Source of the DNA: Phoronis australis
Taxonomy: Eukaryota > Animalia > Phoronida
Direction: 5' to 3'
DNA length: 64,000 nt
NCBI GenBank assembly: GCA_002633005.1
Contig: NMRA01000260.1
Coordinates: 475,649-539,648, forward strand
Below, piece by piece: positions 1-12,561 of this stretch (the first letter of the stretch is position 1; each line of letters starts with the position of its first letter). The notes beneath the pieces were generated by a model that saw only the letters and a program-made list of their open reading frames with translations, made no database searches and had not been told where the DNA came from. Both the position numbers and the translations under genes were made by a program.

Positions 1-1310
1 TTCGTACGCAAAAACTACATTAGAGGCAAGATTTTTTATTTTAGATAATGAACAGGTTAAGAATGACTAAACAAATTATTATGAAGTCAATTTCAGGAAA
101 GGTGCGTTATGGCTGCTACAGAGTGCCAAATTTGGCCGAAAATGGCTTCAGTGAAAAACTGAAAAATAGCCGTTTTTGCCTCACAAATTCAAAGCATATA
201 AATTTAAAAATGGATTTTGAAAGTTATGCCATTAAATTATTCAGCCACTGCCCTTTCAATTCGTATTATTCATTTGTTTTGACCTTACCACACATGCTAG
301 TAAAATGCATTCAAACATGCCTACTTCGACGCCCAATTTTGTTGCAAAATGGAGGTACAGGTCATAAAAAGAAAAATGATGATTGAAAATTCTTAAAAAG
401 TGAGATTTTTCTATATCTCAACAAACCACAGTCATGTGCTAAGTTTCAAAAAAATCGGTGATTTTGGGTATAGACTCTACCTGTTGGTTTTTAAAACAGC
501 ATAAACATTCAGCATTCATTGATGTAATTGTCACTGATAAACTTGTTAGAAGTCATCCCAAACAATAATACTGCGTTGAAGTACGAATAGATCCCGAGTG
601 CTACGTCATGTATCGTAACACACATCACAACAAAGATTAACCCGACTGGCGACTGCCGCGAAGTCGACATCGGTATCAGTAGAATTAACATGGAATAATC
701 GTTAAAACAATCACAAACCTTACCTTTGTATAAGGTTGTGCTTACTTGCTCTCATAGAAGCACCCTTTTCACGCAATCTCAGATTCAGTTGGCACGGCTA
801 CAAGCCACTAAATGCAGTATTTAAAGGGTTTGCGAAATCGAGGTTGTTAATGTGTCACTACCAGTACACGCGCCCTCTAGCTAATGTAAATTTTCCGAAT
901 AGCCCCATTGCGTTCACTTACTATGATGCAGTTAATCGTGAGCAGTACTTTCACATGTTTTCGTTTGTTGTACACAGACAATACTCATGAAAAGTATTTC
1001 CTCATGATATCCTAGATATGTAACTGGGTCTCTTGCCGTATTTTTGGGCATAATTTTTCACTGATGATGTTTTCTTTCAGGCCTTTATTCTTGAGCAATA
1101 TCTTTCCAAGGCTGCTGCTTACGTTGACTTGATTTGGCACGATTTCCTCGTTCTTGATTTTGATTGTGGCTTTTAATCTCATCAGTTGTGGGAGGGAACA
1201 TTTTGCTCGTATGAAAGGCTTTTAGCCCTTTTTCGCATATGTCTGCACTCATTCTACTGCATTGTGCTATTGTGTACCTACGTGATCAAGGTTTCATTGA
1301 AGCACTTCAA

Positions 1311-2367
1311 CAGCCGATTTCATAAAGGCGGTTTAACAAAACCAGGTTGAAGACTTAAACCAGGGCCCGGTCTCTAATCTTTGTACTCGAAACGAACTCG
1401 AAACTATTTTTGGCAATTTCTCTGCTCCTTTTGTGCGAACTTAGTATAATTGGTTATCAGACTGTGCTCAAATACATTATAGTTTATGCATAGGAGTTTC
1501 TAGTTCAAGTTTGCCCTTGAGGACCCTTATATTCGTGCTACAAACTCGAGTAAAAACTCGAAATTTCGAGTTCAAACTCGAACTTATTGCTTTAATATTG
1601 GGTTTACAAACAGTGAACTAAGGGCAATAAATTATCTACGTATGTTATTGTGTACTCAAGCATAGAATAATAGACACTTATCTTGAGTTCGCCCAAAAGT
1701 AGAGTAGAAAATGCCAAACCTAATGCTGTCATAAGTCAAATCTGTTGCGCTTGCGACGACGAGCACTGCTCTACACGTCGTATTCTGAGAAATCCGCAGG
1801 ACACACTCCAGCACGTACTGGTCTACGGATAGGCGGATCCAGGGGTGTCAAGGGGTCCGGAGCCCTCATTTTCCCTTGATTTTAGTGATATCAAATCTAT
1901 AATTTTCAAATTGCTGACTTGGTCCATCCTTTCAAAAAGTCCTTGACCGCCCCCTCCCCTTAAAAATACTGGATCCGCCCCTGCTACGTTTGGTCTTGTG
2001 TCGTAGTAAAACTGAATATTGAAAATAGTCCATTTTCCCTCTAAAACTGCGTCGCAAATGCACATCGCGGCATAGTTAAGTTTTACCTATACCATGCAAG
2101 TCTGACATATTTAACAGTTAAACCTGGGTCTGACCAAGTGTAATATTTACCGTGGTTTAAGATCATAATACTGGTCTAACGAATATAGACCTCGTTGGTG
2201 AAATGAGAACTGACTTAGACCATGTCTAAACTGGAGTTAAACCAGGTTTTACAAGACCCTTGGTCTTAAATTTAAACCACCTTCATGAAATGAAGATTAT
2301 CTTTAAACCTGGTCTAAGTCCAGTTTAAACCAGGTTTAACCTTAAACCACCTTTATGAAATCGGCTG
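1311..2367. mobile_element. Non-autonomous TIR DNA element (PIF/Harbinger-like)
   Basis: Starts CAGCCGATTTCATAAAGGCGGTTTAA, ends TTAAACCACCTTTATGAAATCGGCTG (inverted); CAA on both sides (3-bp TSD); many internal AAACCAGG/GGTTT motifs. An extra right-end copy lies at about 2568-2593. Confidence 0.65.
1828..1983. mobile_element. MITE with CAGGGGCGGATCCAG-type TIRs, nested in the 1311-2367 element
   Basis: GATAGGCGGATCCAG ... CTGGATCCGCCCCTG, flanked by direct repeat CTACG (1823-1827, 1984-1988). Confidence 0.7.
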
Positions 2368-3827
2368 CAATAGTTTCTTTGTTGGGTTAATCCTGATCAA
2401 CACAGAAGGGTGACTTGGGTACTGTCAACCTGGTTTTACTAAACCAGTTTTATGGTGTAACAAAACCATTCTTTTCAGAGTTTTAAACCATGTTGGTGAA
2501 ATCCAAATTAGGTCTAAAATTAGACTAGGTTAGGGAAGGCCAAGTTTAAGTCTTTTACATGGATTTGTTAAACCACCTCTATGAAATCGGCTGCATATGT
2601 AACAAATTCGCGGGTCGGTGACTGAGTTCAGGAATGCATCTGTAACAGCGATCGAAGCCAGGAAGTCATGAGGCATCGGTCACCTGGTTCAAACTTGACA
2701 TGAATTGCATACTAGGGAGCCAAAACAAGCAAATCAAATACCCAGTGAGTTGAAGCGGAGTAAAGCAGTTCTGTTTGACACAAAATCCAAACGAAACGCT
2801 GAGAAGCGAGGTGTACAAAACCCGCAAGATGTAAACTGCAATCTTCCAGAAGAAATGTTGAGTAAGCCGATCGGTAAAAGTAACATCGGCCGTTTCCCCC
2901 AGAAGCTGTAAAACCACCGGATCAACAACAAAGCCGGTAACAACGTAATCCATGTATTCCAAGAAAGTGAGCAACAATCACTAGCAAAGAGTTATGCAGA
3001 AAAGTGAATATAAACGCAAGAATTAGCGCATAGACTCACGGGAGAAGGAAGTATGTCCTCTCACGACTAAGAATGTCCATGAAATGACTCGTCCGCACGT
3101 GTCCGTATCTAACGGAAAAGAATAAAATCACGCTCTGATCTAGTATCACGTTCGGTTAAACATTACAAGCAACCCTATTCTGTTGGTACACAATGCCATG
3201 GCAGTAAGCTGGTCAGAGCTTACAGTCACACAAAATAATCAACTGCTGAAAGTCAAATCTAATCTGTCTAAAAGTTAACCCGTTTTTCCTTAAAAAATTT
3301 CTTGGTGGTGGTGTCTAATAAAAAGACAAATCTTCGCGATTTTCCACGAACGTAATTTGGTAATAGTGCATTTTTTAAATATCGTTAGCTGTCAGGCGCA
3401 CTGATAGGTCTACATGGTTTATGACGTATGAGTACGTGAGCTTTTTCATATGAATGCGGGATAATTCTGGACTATGTATACATTGGTTTTGCCAAGTTTC
3501 TGCCCTTGTTATTACTATCAAACTGATAACGACACAGTGGTAACTTGAGTTCCGATCAGTAAAATTAGAAAACTCACCCCCACTACGCGGGCCATCAGAT
3601 CAAAGTATTTGTGGCACTTTGTTTTTAATTAATTTGAAATCCGTAAGAGCTTGATCCTGAAGTTTTAATAATTTGATCCAAGCAGAAATAAGAAGTTAAA
3701 ACTGTATAACATTTCAAGAGACTGTTACACTTATACCTGCTTATATGTACATGTGTCTCCTTAATTAAGAGATTGCTTAACGTTAAAACATAACAGTTGC
3801 TATTAGAAATGCTCGATATTCATTTAG

Positions 3828-4034
3828 ATGACTGTAAAAACACAGTAGTTGGGAGAGAGTATATGGGAACAGTCAGCAACCATACAGACGGTAAAACGTG
3901 CAAGATGTGGAAAGGCACAAAGTATCCTACTTTACCAGAGAATTATTGCCGGAATCCTGATGACGAACCAAATGGACCATGGTGCTACCCTCTTCATGGG
4001 AACTGGGGTTATTGTGACGTTAGTCTGTGCTCAG
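3828..4034 (+). CDS. Kringle-domain exon (phase 1-1)
   Basis: tttag|...|gtatgg, 207 nt; DCKNTVVGREYMGTVS...TCKMW...ENYCRNPDDEPNGPWCY...WGYCDVSLCS has all six kringle Cys plus NYCRNPD and GPWCY. Confidence 0.92.
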
Positions 4035-5714
4035 GTATGGAAATTTTGTACTGCTGGTAACTAAAGTGTTTTTGTCCGTCAAATTCTTCCCCAGCAGTTC
4101 GTTCCTCAAATTGTTTGAAACATCGTTTGCTATTGTATGCTCTTCTGTTTCTCCTGGGACATATGAGTGCCCGATGTCTTCAATGCTTTAGGTGTACATG
4201 CATGACTGATTATATAACGCGTTTACGTTAATTGCTTAGAAGTGCTGGTCAGGCTCTAACAGCATAACTCAAAAGCCAATTCCATTCTCCTTGAACTTTT
4301 TTACTAAGGACTCTCAGTTCATTGTCTGGGTGAAACGAGGAGTTCAGACAAAGCCATTAACACTTAGTTTTCGCATGGCACTTCGTTGACGTTTGGCCAT
4401 CTTTAGAGGTAATATTGACGGTTGTTTGCATGGGGTTGCATATGTTATGTGCGAGAAGTGTTTCAATTCTATAAATCTTGAGATATGGTACATTCCTGTT
4501 GGGTTCGTGTCTGAACAAATAGCAAGTGACAGTAAGGTGAAGAGATCCTTCGATTCTATTACAACAATTAGGTTAGGCTGTACGAAGGAGAGTTCACTAG
4601 AAAGGTAACACAGGAGGGACAAGTTTGTGGTTGGCAAAAATAGGGTGCAAAGATGAACCAACAAAGAGCTCAGCAGTGTGCAGCGATCATTTTATTAATG
4701 GTAACTATTGTAGAATTAAATAAATGTGATCCTTTTCCATTCTAAACACATTGTTGTTTTTACGATTGTCTGCCGTCGCAGTGGGTGCTGATGTGTGCAG
4801 ATCGGGGGACAGCTTAGACGCGAGAAAAGCTTCAGCCTCAAGTCAGAGACACTGACTCTTCCGTGTGCTATGTTTTATTGTAACAGTTACATATTTTTTA
4901 TCATAGCTCAGACCAGCGAAACCATTTTTAAATATGTGACTTGCCTCAGGGCATTTCAAACGTGATTCTTGATCTTTTTTGAAGAGCCATCTTGATTGAA
5001 TGCATGTGGAGGGAACATGTAGACTGCTCTATTTTTAGAATTTATGACAGTACTACTCAATGTTTCATTTCTACATAGTTGCAAGCGCGGTATGCCGGCC
5101 ATGGTGCCATGGTCCACTTTTTCTATTGTCAAATGTTGGTAACTATGTTGGTAACGTTTATGGTGAACAAACAAAAAAATAACACAAGGCCAAACTAGAT
5201 TGGTCCAATAAACTGAACCTTTTCTATCCAGAGTCACCTTCCAAGCCGGCCAAAAAGCAGAGGCACGTTGATAGAAGTGTTAAAAGTTAGATTAGCAAGA
5301 GGTGGAAAATTCCGGTTGTCCTAGTTGAAGTAATCATATTACATTATTCACTTAGTCTTCTTGTGGCACATTAGGCCTCTTATGTTAGATTTCGTTGGTG
5401 AATAATGTAAATTATGTTAAAAACTGTATGGTCGAGCATGTTATAAGATATGCAAAAGAGTACATAATTAACCTGCAATTTGAAAGTTCTAACTTGAGTG
5501 CGTATTCACAATAGCGGATTTGCAGCGTAGACGAATTACGCATTGCGCATGTGCGAGTTACTTCCTTCGCGAAGGCTCATGGGATAGCTTGTGGTCAGGC
5601 ATGTCTTGAGCAGGCTGGATACTGTGTGCATTTGGAGTGATTTGCAAACTAAAAACCATGTTTCATTTTTTTGCTTTATAATACCAAGCAAGTCCTTTCT
5701 CTCGTTTGTAAACA

Positions 5715-6875
5715 CAGCGTAGCTATGATCAGTGACCGTGTGACCGAGGGCACGTCATGTTCGTCGGCGTTGATTTCGAAATCTCCTCCGGTTCAAGTTG
5801 AGAGTTCTTGGGTTGCTTAACTTTTGTAGCTTTCGCCGTGGATATGCTAGAGACGTTAATTTTAAGAGGAAAGTCCGCCCGAATGTTGTTCTCATAAGTC
5901 TTTTTCCACCAGGAAAATGTTCGCTGCACACACGATGGCCCCTAGGCAATTACATCGCACTGGATGCCGCAGGCATTCAGGGGCGATAGTACATCCTCAC
6001 AAAAAGTTAGTCATTTCAAAATACAGCAAATAAAATCAAATGAACCATACATATAGGAACACGGAGTTATAATTAACACATACCACGACTTTGGATAAAA
6101 TTTAGTCAGCAAAACTTGAACAAATCGATGAAAATCTGTCGCGGTTTGCTCGAGTTTCTCTCAGTTACCGGGTGCCATTTTGAGGAAGTTACGTGAAATT
6201 ACGCTTGTTGACGAATAAAAAGTCCAAGGGACACACATCTTACAAGTTTCACCCGATACCTTCTCATGCTATTTTACAAGTGTCGCGCGCTAGCGTCACG
6301 CGCTTCGCTCAGTCTCGCGCTAACCTTTGCCTAACTCACGTGATTCAGTTGACATGCTTTGTGGTTATCGCGCACGCGGTGATAAAATTAACGGCAACCA
6401 AAAAAGTGAAGTTGTAATTCTTCACCAAAGTCAACTTAATTCTCACAACTAAGCTTCATCAAAGATATGTGTAGAAGTAGAAAGGACCAATGATGAAAGT
6501 AAGTGTTTTTTAAAGTTTTAATTGTAGATTGTATTTTTGACGAGGTGAAAACTCGAAATCGGTATCCCAAATCCGGTCACGGCCAGTTTAAAATACACTG
6601 AAGTAACGAAATGAATACAGAAAGCGAATGGAAGTATTGTAGCCCCTATATGGCCAACCGAGGGGCTACGTGTTGCCTACTAGATGGCCCCGCGTTGGTT
6701 TGAATGCGCTAAATCTCCCCTTACTCCCAGCTCTCCTAATGTTGTTTATCCATTTTTCACGAAGTTCTTGGTTTGCAGGGAACACATAAAAACTCAGATT
6801 TTTATCTCTATTGTTGTTTTTGAAGCAGCCAGGAACACAACAAGTGTATCCGCCGTAAGTTTTCTTCGCGCTCAT
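5715..6875 (-). pseudogene. Disrupted THAP zinc-finger ORF (transposase N-terminus)
   Basis: ATG 6875: MSAKKTYGGYTCCVPGC...SFYVFP...REKWINNIRR...KPTRGH, then after the insert RVCSEHFPGGK, a frameshift to KTYENNI, and a DHSY motif near 5720-5731. Confidence 0.8.
5943..6682. mobile_element. 740-bp non-coding insertion with 9-bp TSD (AcademH- or Mutator-type non-autonomous element)
   Basis: GATGGCCCC at 5934-5942 and 6683-6691; termini TAGGCAA...TTGCCTACTA; removing it rejoins the THAP domain in frame. Confidence 0.75.
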
Positions 6876-7715
6876 ACCGCGTATTATGCTTGTTTCTATG
6901 GCCGCTTTCGGAATCCTGACCACAGCACCCACAATGCACCATATTAACCTAATTTCAATATGGCGTCGCTGCAAATCCGCTATTTGATAGTCATCAAAGG
7001 CGAACATGCATTTCATACTATTCTGCATTGCCCATAACAGACTAGATCACGATATTGTTTGTAAGAACTACTGTAGTGTACTGTACCTTTTCGCCTAACT
7101 ATTAGAGAGGTTTCGCATAACAACTGCAATAGCTCGAATTAACGCCCATGTTTGGCTTGACGCCCACTCATAAATTCTAAGAACATTCCCTTTTATTTGC
7201 CGTTTTTTCACATTCGGTTCAACACCCAGACTTGTTTTTTGATTTTTTTATTTTCTCGATTTAAATGCCTTGGACATATTACTTGTACCTGTAGATTTTC
7301 CTGATGTTGATGTCAATTACATCATTGGGTTCTGTACAACGCCCTTGCAAAAGGACTGTAAAAAGACTGTATACGCCAGTGCCAAACTTATGGGCCTTTT
7401 GCAGCTTTCGGCTAGAGGGCATGCACAGAATTATATGGCGAAGTTTTCCGTATACACGTTTACGTATAAATATTGATTTGGGCAGCCTCCTAACTCGCAC
7501 TACTCATTTTACAAAACAGTTGACAAAATCTGTTCTCGTTGAACATTGGTGGAATTTTGGAGAAGTATATTTTGCTAATTTTCATCAATTTATCATTCAC
7601 TGACAAATTGTCTGTCAAATTGGTTCTGCGGAAGAAGAACACAAGAACCCTTGCTCGTTCTACTTAAAGGACCGTTTCGCTTTGTTGAAGACTCAGTGCC
7701 AGACAAGCCACTTAA

Positions 7716-9002
7716 AGAGTTCCCACCACTCATTATGTTACTTTTTTCAAGTTTCAGTTTGCTAATATGAATCGAATACCATACAATCTTACTAAATATG
7801 CACTTTTTATGCCAAATAATGGCATTTTTTAAATTTTGATGATACATTACTTATTTCTAAGTTTCCCAGCAATTGATGCAACGGGTGGAAGACGGTTGGC
7901 CGCTTGACAATCATTTGCAATGTCGGAACACTGCAGTTCAGAAGACAAGGAAGATATTGGGCGAAAATTGGACAATTATTATATAGACAGACAGGAGAGT
8001 GGATGCTCTAGTACTTGAAGAATGAGACAGTGAATTCGATTTCCCATTTTGCGAAATTTTGTCGGCTTTGAGGCAGTATGAACTCGACCCACTTGCACGA
8101 GTAATGCTGCAGACATATGTGAGCCACAACCAAGTCTACCAAGTGGTGATCAATACTCACAAAATAGACACTTAATAATTACTGACAAAGGTCACACTAA
8201 ATCTGGGTTACTCGTATTCACTATTGCCATGATAGAATGAGCACAGTCTACACACAATATGCACAAGACTACTTGTAGTAGCACTCGATCTGGGCCGCGG
8301 CCCAGGACCTGGCATCACTCGCCCTAGAATGGAAGCAGTTTGTTCGTTATTTACAAAATTTGCAAATGCACTTACTTGGTGGTGAGTCCTTCATTGTAAC
8401 CCCGCTTATGTGTGGTCGAAACACGATTCTTTGAAATGTGTCGATCAAAATGTGGCTTCCACCGGACTGTCTATGTTCCACACTGACACTCCACACTCTC
8501 GTTCGGCGCACAATCATAGGCGGCGCAGCATTGAAAAAAGTGGGGGCTAAAGCCACCCATCCCCCCTGTTGTGCACCGCCTATAGACTATGGGCGGCTTA
8601 CTAGCACCGAAAAAAGTGGGGCTCTAGCCCTCCCCCAGCCCCCTATGGTGCGCCGCCCATGACAAACCGATGCCATCTCTGTGCAACTTTCACGTATTTG
8701 GGAAATTTTACACAGAGACGTTCTAAGTCAAGTTGTTGTTACCACAGTTTCCACAAACGCACCTTTTCATGTCTCAAAAAGGTGACTCTCCGCGGAATTT
8801 CTTGACAGCTCCTAAATAGTGTACTGGTAAAACAACAACGGCGGAGGCGGCCTTCCACACATTGCGTACAAATCCGATAACAAAAAATACATTTTTAAAA
8901 ATTTGGCTTGTTTCGTAGCAACAGGTGTACTAAAAGCAATTAAATCTGTTAAGATGTAATATTAAAAATCCTTTTGAGACACAGGGTCAAGGTTGGAACT
9001 CG
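7716..9002. mobile_element. Kolobok-like internally deleted DNA transposon
   Basis: TTAA|AGAGTTCCCACC ... GGTTGGAACTCG|TTAA (10/12 TIR, TTAA TSD); decayed THAP start on - at 8770 (MKRCVCGNC...NFP...RWHRFVRRTR...GSH); acidic decayed ORF start on + at 7920. Confidence 0.65.
8515..8661. mobile_element. About 146-bp MITE (CATGGGCGGCG TIR) inserted in the Kolobok THAP relic
   Basis: CATAGGCGGCGCA...TGCGCCGCCCATG, near-TSD ACAAT/ACAAA; homologous copy in opposite orientation at 57089-57234. Confidence 0.75.
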
Positions 9003-10177
9003 TTAATCTAAGTCAAGTTGACATTGAACGTCACCGACTCGTGCTCAAAGCAAAAATCATTTTCTCGCTTGAATTTCGTTGCAACAATGAAGACAGCTAC
9101 AAGTATGTTACTGGACTCACGTTTGGTATACTGACTGCATTGTGCAGTTTCCGAAGAGACTCTGTTCAGTTGTCATTATAAACATTATCAGCGACATTTT
9201 ACAGATCGTCCTGGTTCAGTACAAACTGAAACAAATCATCAGTTCCTAGGGACTTGGATAATTCTTTGGTATTTTTTCAAGCGATGCTTCTAAGACTTTT
9301 AGCGAAGTGATATACAAGTCATTGTATGGCCACAAATAGAAGAACTGAGAAAAAAAAATGCGCATGGAATTCCGCATTAGTTTTGGCTTGAAAGTCGGTG
9401 TCACTATTGACTGCGTAGAATTCTTTATTAAAAGGCTATAGAATTTGAGTGCAAGTGCGCAGACGTGGTCTAAGAATAAACACCATAACTTTGTCAAGTA
9501 TCGTATACATATAGGTGTAACCCCTAAAGGTTCAATTTTATTTTTGCCGGAACCGGAAGCCTGGGGTGGACGATCGTAGGAAAAACAATTTGCACTGAAT
9601 TGTGATGGCTCGAATAAGCTTCTGCCAGGGGATATTGTACTCTCTTACATACATGTAGGTTTTGACATAACTGAGTGTGTTGGCCTTGAAGTTAAGAGAC
9701 CCGCCACCTTCACAGAAGGAAAATCCCAATTACCCCTGCTTGCACTGGAAAGTACGAGGAAAATTACCCACCTTGTTTTCTTTGGGACACCAGCAACTCA
9801 TTTACAGGAGTCATTGTAAACACGATATCATAGGGGTCAATATTGCCTATTCCCTGTGTCTTGTCAAGGTGCCATGCTCTAGTTACATTGTCCAATGTGT
9901 TGCTATAGTTTTCCTTTACTGTATCCTGATTCCCATTCAAAATTTACATTATGCAAGGCAGACACAGTGCACTTGAACACAGCAACTAAAGCTTGCCTTT
10001 AAATATGGCGGCCGGACTACAACTGCATTATGGGTAGTCGCGTTTGTGGGAAAACGATTTATATCCACTGCAAGTCGTAACAACTTGGCCATGCGTGGTT
10101 CGAATATGTATTTAAAGAGTTACATCTCCATGATAGCAAGTAACAGCATATGTTCACGAAAACAACAACGGATTTAA

Positions 10178-10225
10178 AACTTGACATGTTTCGGTGTCAT
10201 TTATTAAACACCATCCTCAGAAATC
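10178..10225 (-). ncRNA. Mirror copy of the hammerhead motif
   Basis: Reverse complement reads GATTT CTGAGGA TGGTGTTTAATAAATGACACC GAAACATGTC AAGTT; the single arm mismatch is a tolerated U-G wobble in helix I. Confidence 0.7.
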
Positions 10226-10354
10226 ATAATACAGTGGCCACCTAGCTAGGCCCAGCAACAAGTAATGAAGCACAGATACAGTCACTCCCTGTAACTGACT
10301 GTATCTGTGCTTCATTACTTGTTGCTGGGCCTAGCTAGGTGGCCACTGTATTAT

Positions 10355-10402
10355 GACTTCTGAGGATGGTGTTTAATAAATGACACCGAAACATGTCAAG
10401 TT
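10355..10402 (+). ncRNA. Minimal type I hammerhead ribozyme motif (Penelope type)
   Basis: GACTT CTGAGGA T GGTGTT-taataaat-GACACC GAA ACATGT C AAGTT: helix I, CUGAnGA core, helix II, GAAA, palindromic helix III, GUC site (cleavage predicted after 10397). Confidence 0.75.
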
Positions 10403-11852
10403 TTAAATCCGTTGTTGTTTTCGTGAAAGAGTTACATGATTTCAAATGTGATAACTGAAAACATTAGCATTGAAATTTTGAGACTTCCAGTTTCAACTAA
10501 AGAACAGAACGTTTTAAAACGAATAGTACTCGAACTGTCACCTCGCATTCAAAAACGTTAAGCCTTTATCCCACGGACTTCAACTTCGCTACTAATGATG
10601 TGATGGGCCTGAGCAATACGTTGCACTTCTGCTAGATGACGCTTAGCGCCATGTCAAAGCCTCACACTAAAATCGTTTGGATAACTCAAATGTAACTTAC
10701 CTAGAATTTCACCTTCGGGACAGCACTTGTGTGAGCCCGATTTGTTGCCTCAAAAGCATTATTTGACAGATAAGAGTTCATTATCAGTGCTTGGAACCTC
10801 TCATTGAAATTCACCGTGTGCAGTACGTGTAAGAAGCAGTTGCGTCACCAAGATTACCCTTGACTGTGAACTTGTACACTGAAGCAACACAACAGCCACT
10901 GAGCAATTGATCGGCGAGCATCACCATGTGTTTGCATTGCTTAAACAGTTGATCAAAGACCTTTTTTAATCTTCAGATGTTTGTAACTAGATATTAATTG
11001 TGTACTGAGATCCCTCACTATGGGTGACGAGGAACGTCGTAGTTTTTTTTAAACATTTTTGTAATCTCATGTCTTTCCACGCTCCGGTTGTATTAGACAG
11101 TGCAACAAAATCTGACGCTGAAGTGATTTCATTTCACCTTTTCAAAGTACCCAAGCCAAAATAACATTTGCAATGACATTGAATGGATGAAACAAATCTC
11201 TTCTGTTTTTATGGGTATAATTGGGGTGTTAATAGCAAAACAACTTTTTGCAGGCAAAAACCTTTCAGTCATAGTACTTTGATGTTAAATGTGTAGAATC
11301 GCGTTGACAGTCCAACAATTTACCAACATCCGAAGTATTTTTGAGATCGTCTCACATCGGAAAATGAAAGCCGACAGAACATTTCGACTTTGAGAAAAGC
11401 TGGTACCGAAGGGAAGTAAATCAACCTTCACGGGGGCCCTTAGAACATTTGCCATGAAATAGACACCGTGGTCTCGGAACGCTTCTTTACTTGAGGTGTC
11501 GTCTGACTATGGCGAAACCTATTGGAAAGGCTCAAAATAACAATAGCCAAACTGAAGAACACGGGATGTGGACGTAATCGCGATTGATAGTTCCAGTATT
11601 AGTTTTACTTTATGGTAGGAATGATCAAACTGTTTTAGATCTATGTCTCTGATATTCAAAATGGTGTACTACAATTGCAATTAGAACTAAATTTCAATAA
11701 CGACTTTGGGAACATCTTATAAATGCTACGGATGCCACGGTAGTGGTTTATTATCACAACCAAAATACCCGTCAATGTGCTCAAGGTGCGTTGCATGTCT
11801 GTTCAAAAGAACCGTATACTGCCTAATAAAATTTACAGTTCTCTGTACCTAG

Positions 11853-12098
11853 ATCTAACGGAGTCACTCTCCGATTTCCAAATCCGGATCTCCAATACAA
11901 GTGACACACAACCAGCGCCCTCTACCGATGCTCTGTGTAAACACTACACTGACACCATCGGTGACGCCACTACTGTGTACATAGCTTGTGACCGTGCAGT
12001 CACTGGGAGATACTTGTACATCATCAAGAACGGCAACAGCAAATCAGAAACACTGTCTTTATGTGAGGTGGAAGTATGGGGGAAACCAGCTATAGCAG
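11853..12098 (+). CDS. F-type lectin (FTP/F5-8C-like) domain, C-terminal half exon (phase 1-1)
   Basis: ctag|...|gtattt, 246 nt; LSDFQIRISN...LC...IACDRAVTGRYLYI...LSLCEVEVWG matches the FTP C-terminal GRY and LxLCEVEV signatures. Confidence 0.85.
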
Positions 12099-12561
12099 GT
12101 ATTTACTCGAATCTAGTTTGCCAGGTAATGTTACAGGTACGGTACGTTTCAGAGAAGGCCTAAAGCAAAAAGTTGCTGGTAAAATGTTATCTGTGGCGTA
12201 CTGTGCCAAGTTAAATAAAATGATTGTATTGGCAAAAGACCACCCGAGGGCGTCAACAAAATAGGAACATGGCTGACAAGAATTGATGACGCAATTTGAA
12301 TCACAATCAATATTATAAGAAATACTAAGCTGAACTTGTAACATTTCTAACAGACAAAGAGATGATAGAAAATGAAGTGACGTGAAAATAATCCCCATCC
12401 ATACACGTTGATTAACGAGTCAAATTTCCATTATTGTAATTGATTCATCTTTCCTACGTTAGATTGGGCTATTGAAGAGGTTTGCCGTGGTTTTCTGGCT
12501 GTATTTGTGTTTTTATATACTACTATAACACATGTAATTCCGTTTTTTTATTGTTTTGTAG

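Larger units (their letters stand above)
5513..6981 (-). mobile_element. Internally deleted THAP-bearing DNA transposon (ISL2EU/Harbinger-like)
   Basis: Perfect 15-bp TIR AGCGGATTTGCAGCG (5513-5527) / CGCTGCAAATCCGCT (6967-6981), AT on both flanks; encloses a THAP ORF start. Confidence 0.75.
10153..10427. repeat. Near-perfect palindrome (132-bp arms, 11-bp spacer); Penelope-type inverted pLTR
   Basis: 10153-10284 is the reverse complement of 10296-10427 with one mismatch seen; each arm carries a hammerhead motif. Confidence 0.9.

Noticed and set aside
1-482. Possible end of a non-autonomous DNA element and ORF 48-386
   Set aside because: No partner terminus in the window; ORF has no recognisable motif.
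4930-5240. Possible Harbinger-type HTH transposase remnant on -
   Set aside because: Only faint, frameshifted similarity, and outside the 5513-6981 TIRs.
8401-8500. Plus-frame KCVDQN...MFHT as the missing N-terminal lectin exon
   Set aside because: No PWWxVDL follows, and the region is better explained as the minus-strand THAP relic.
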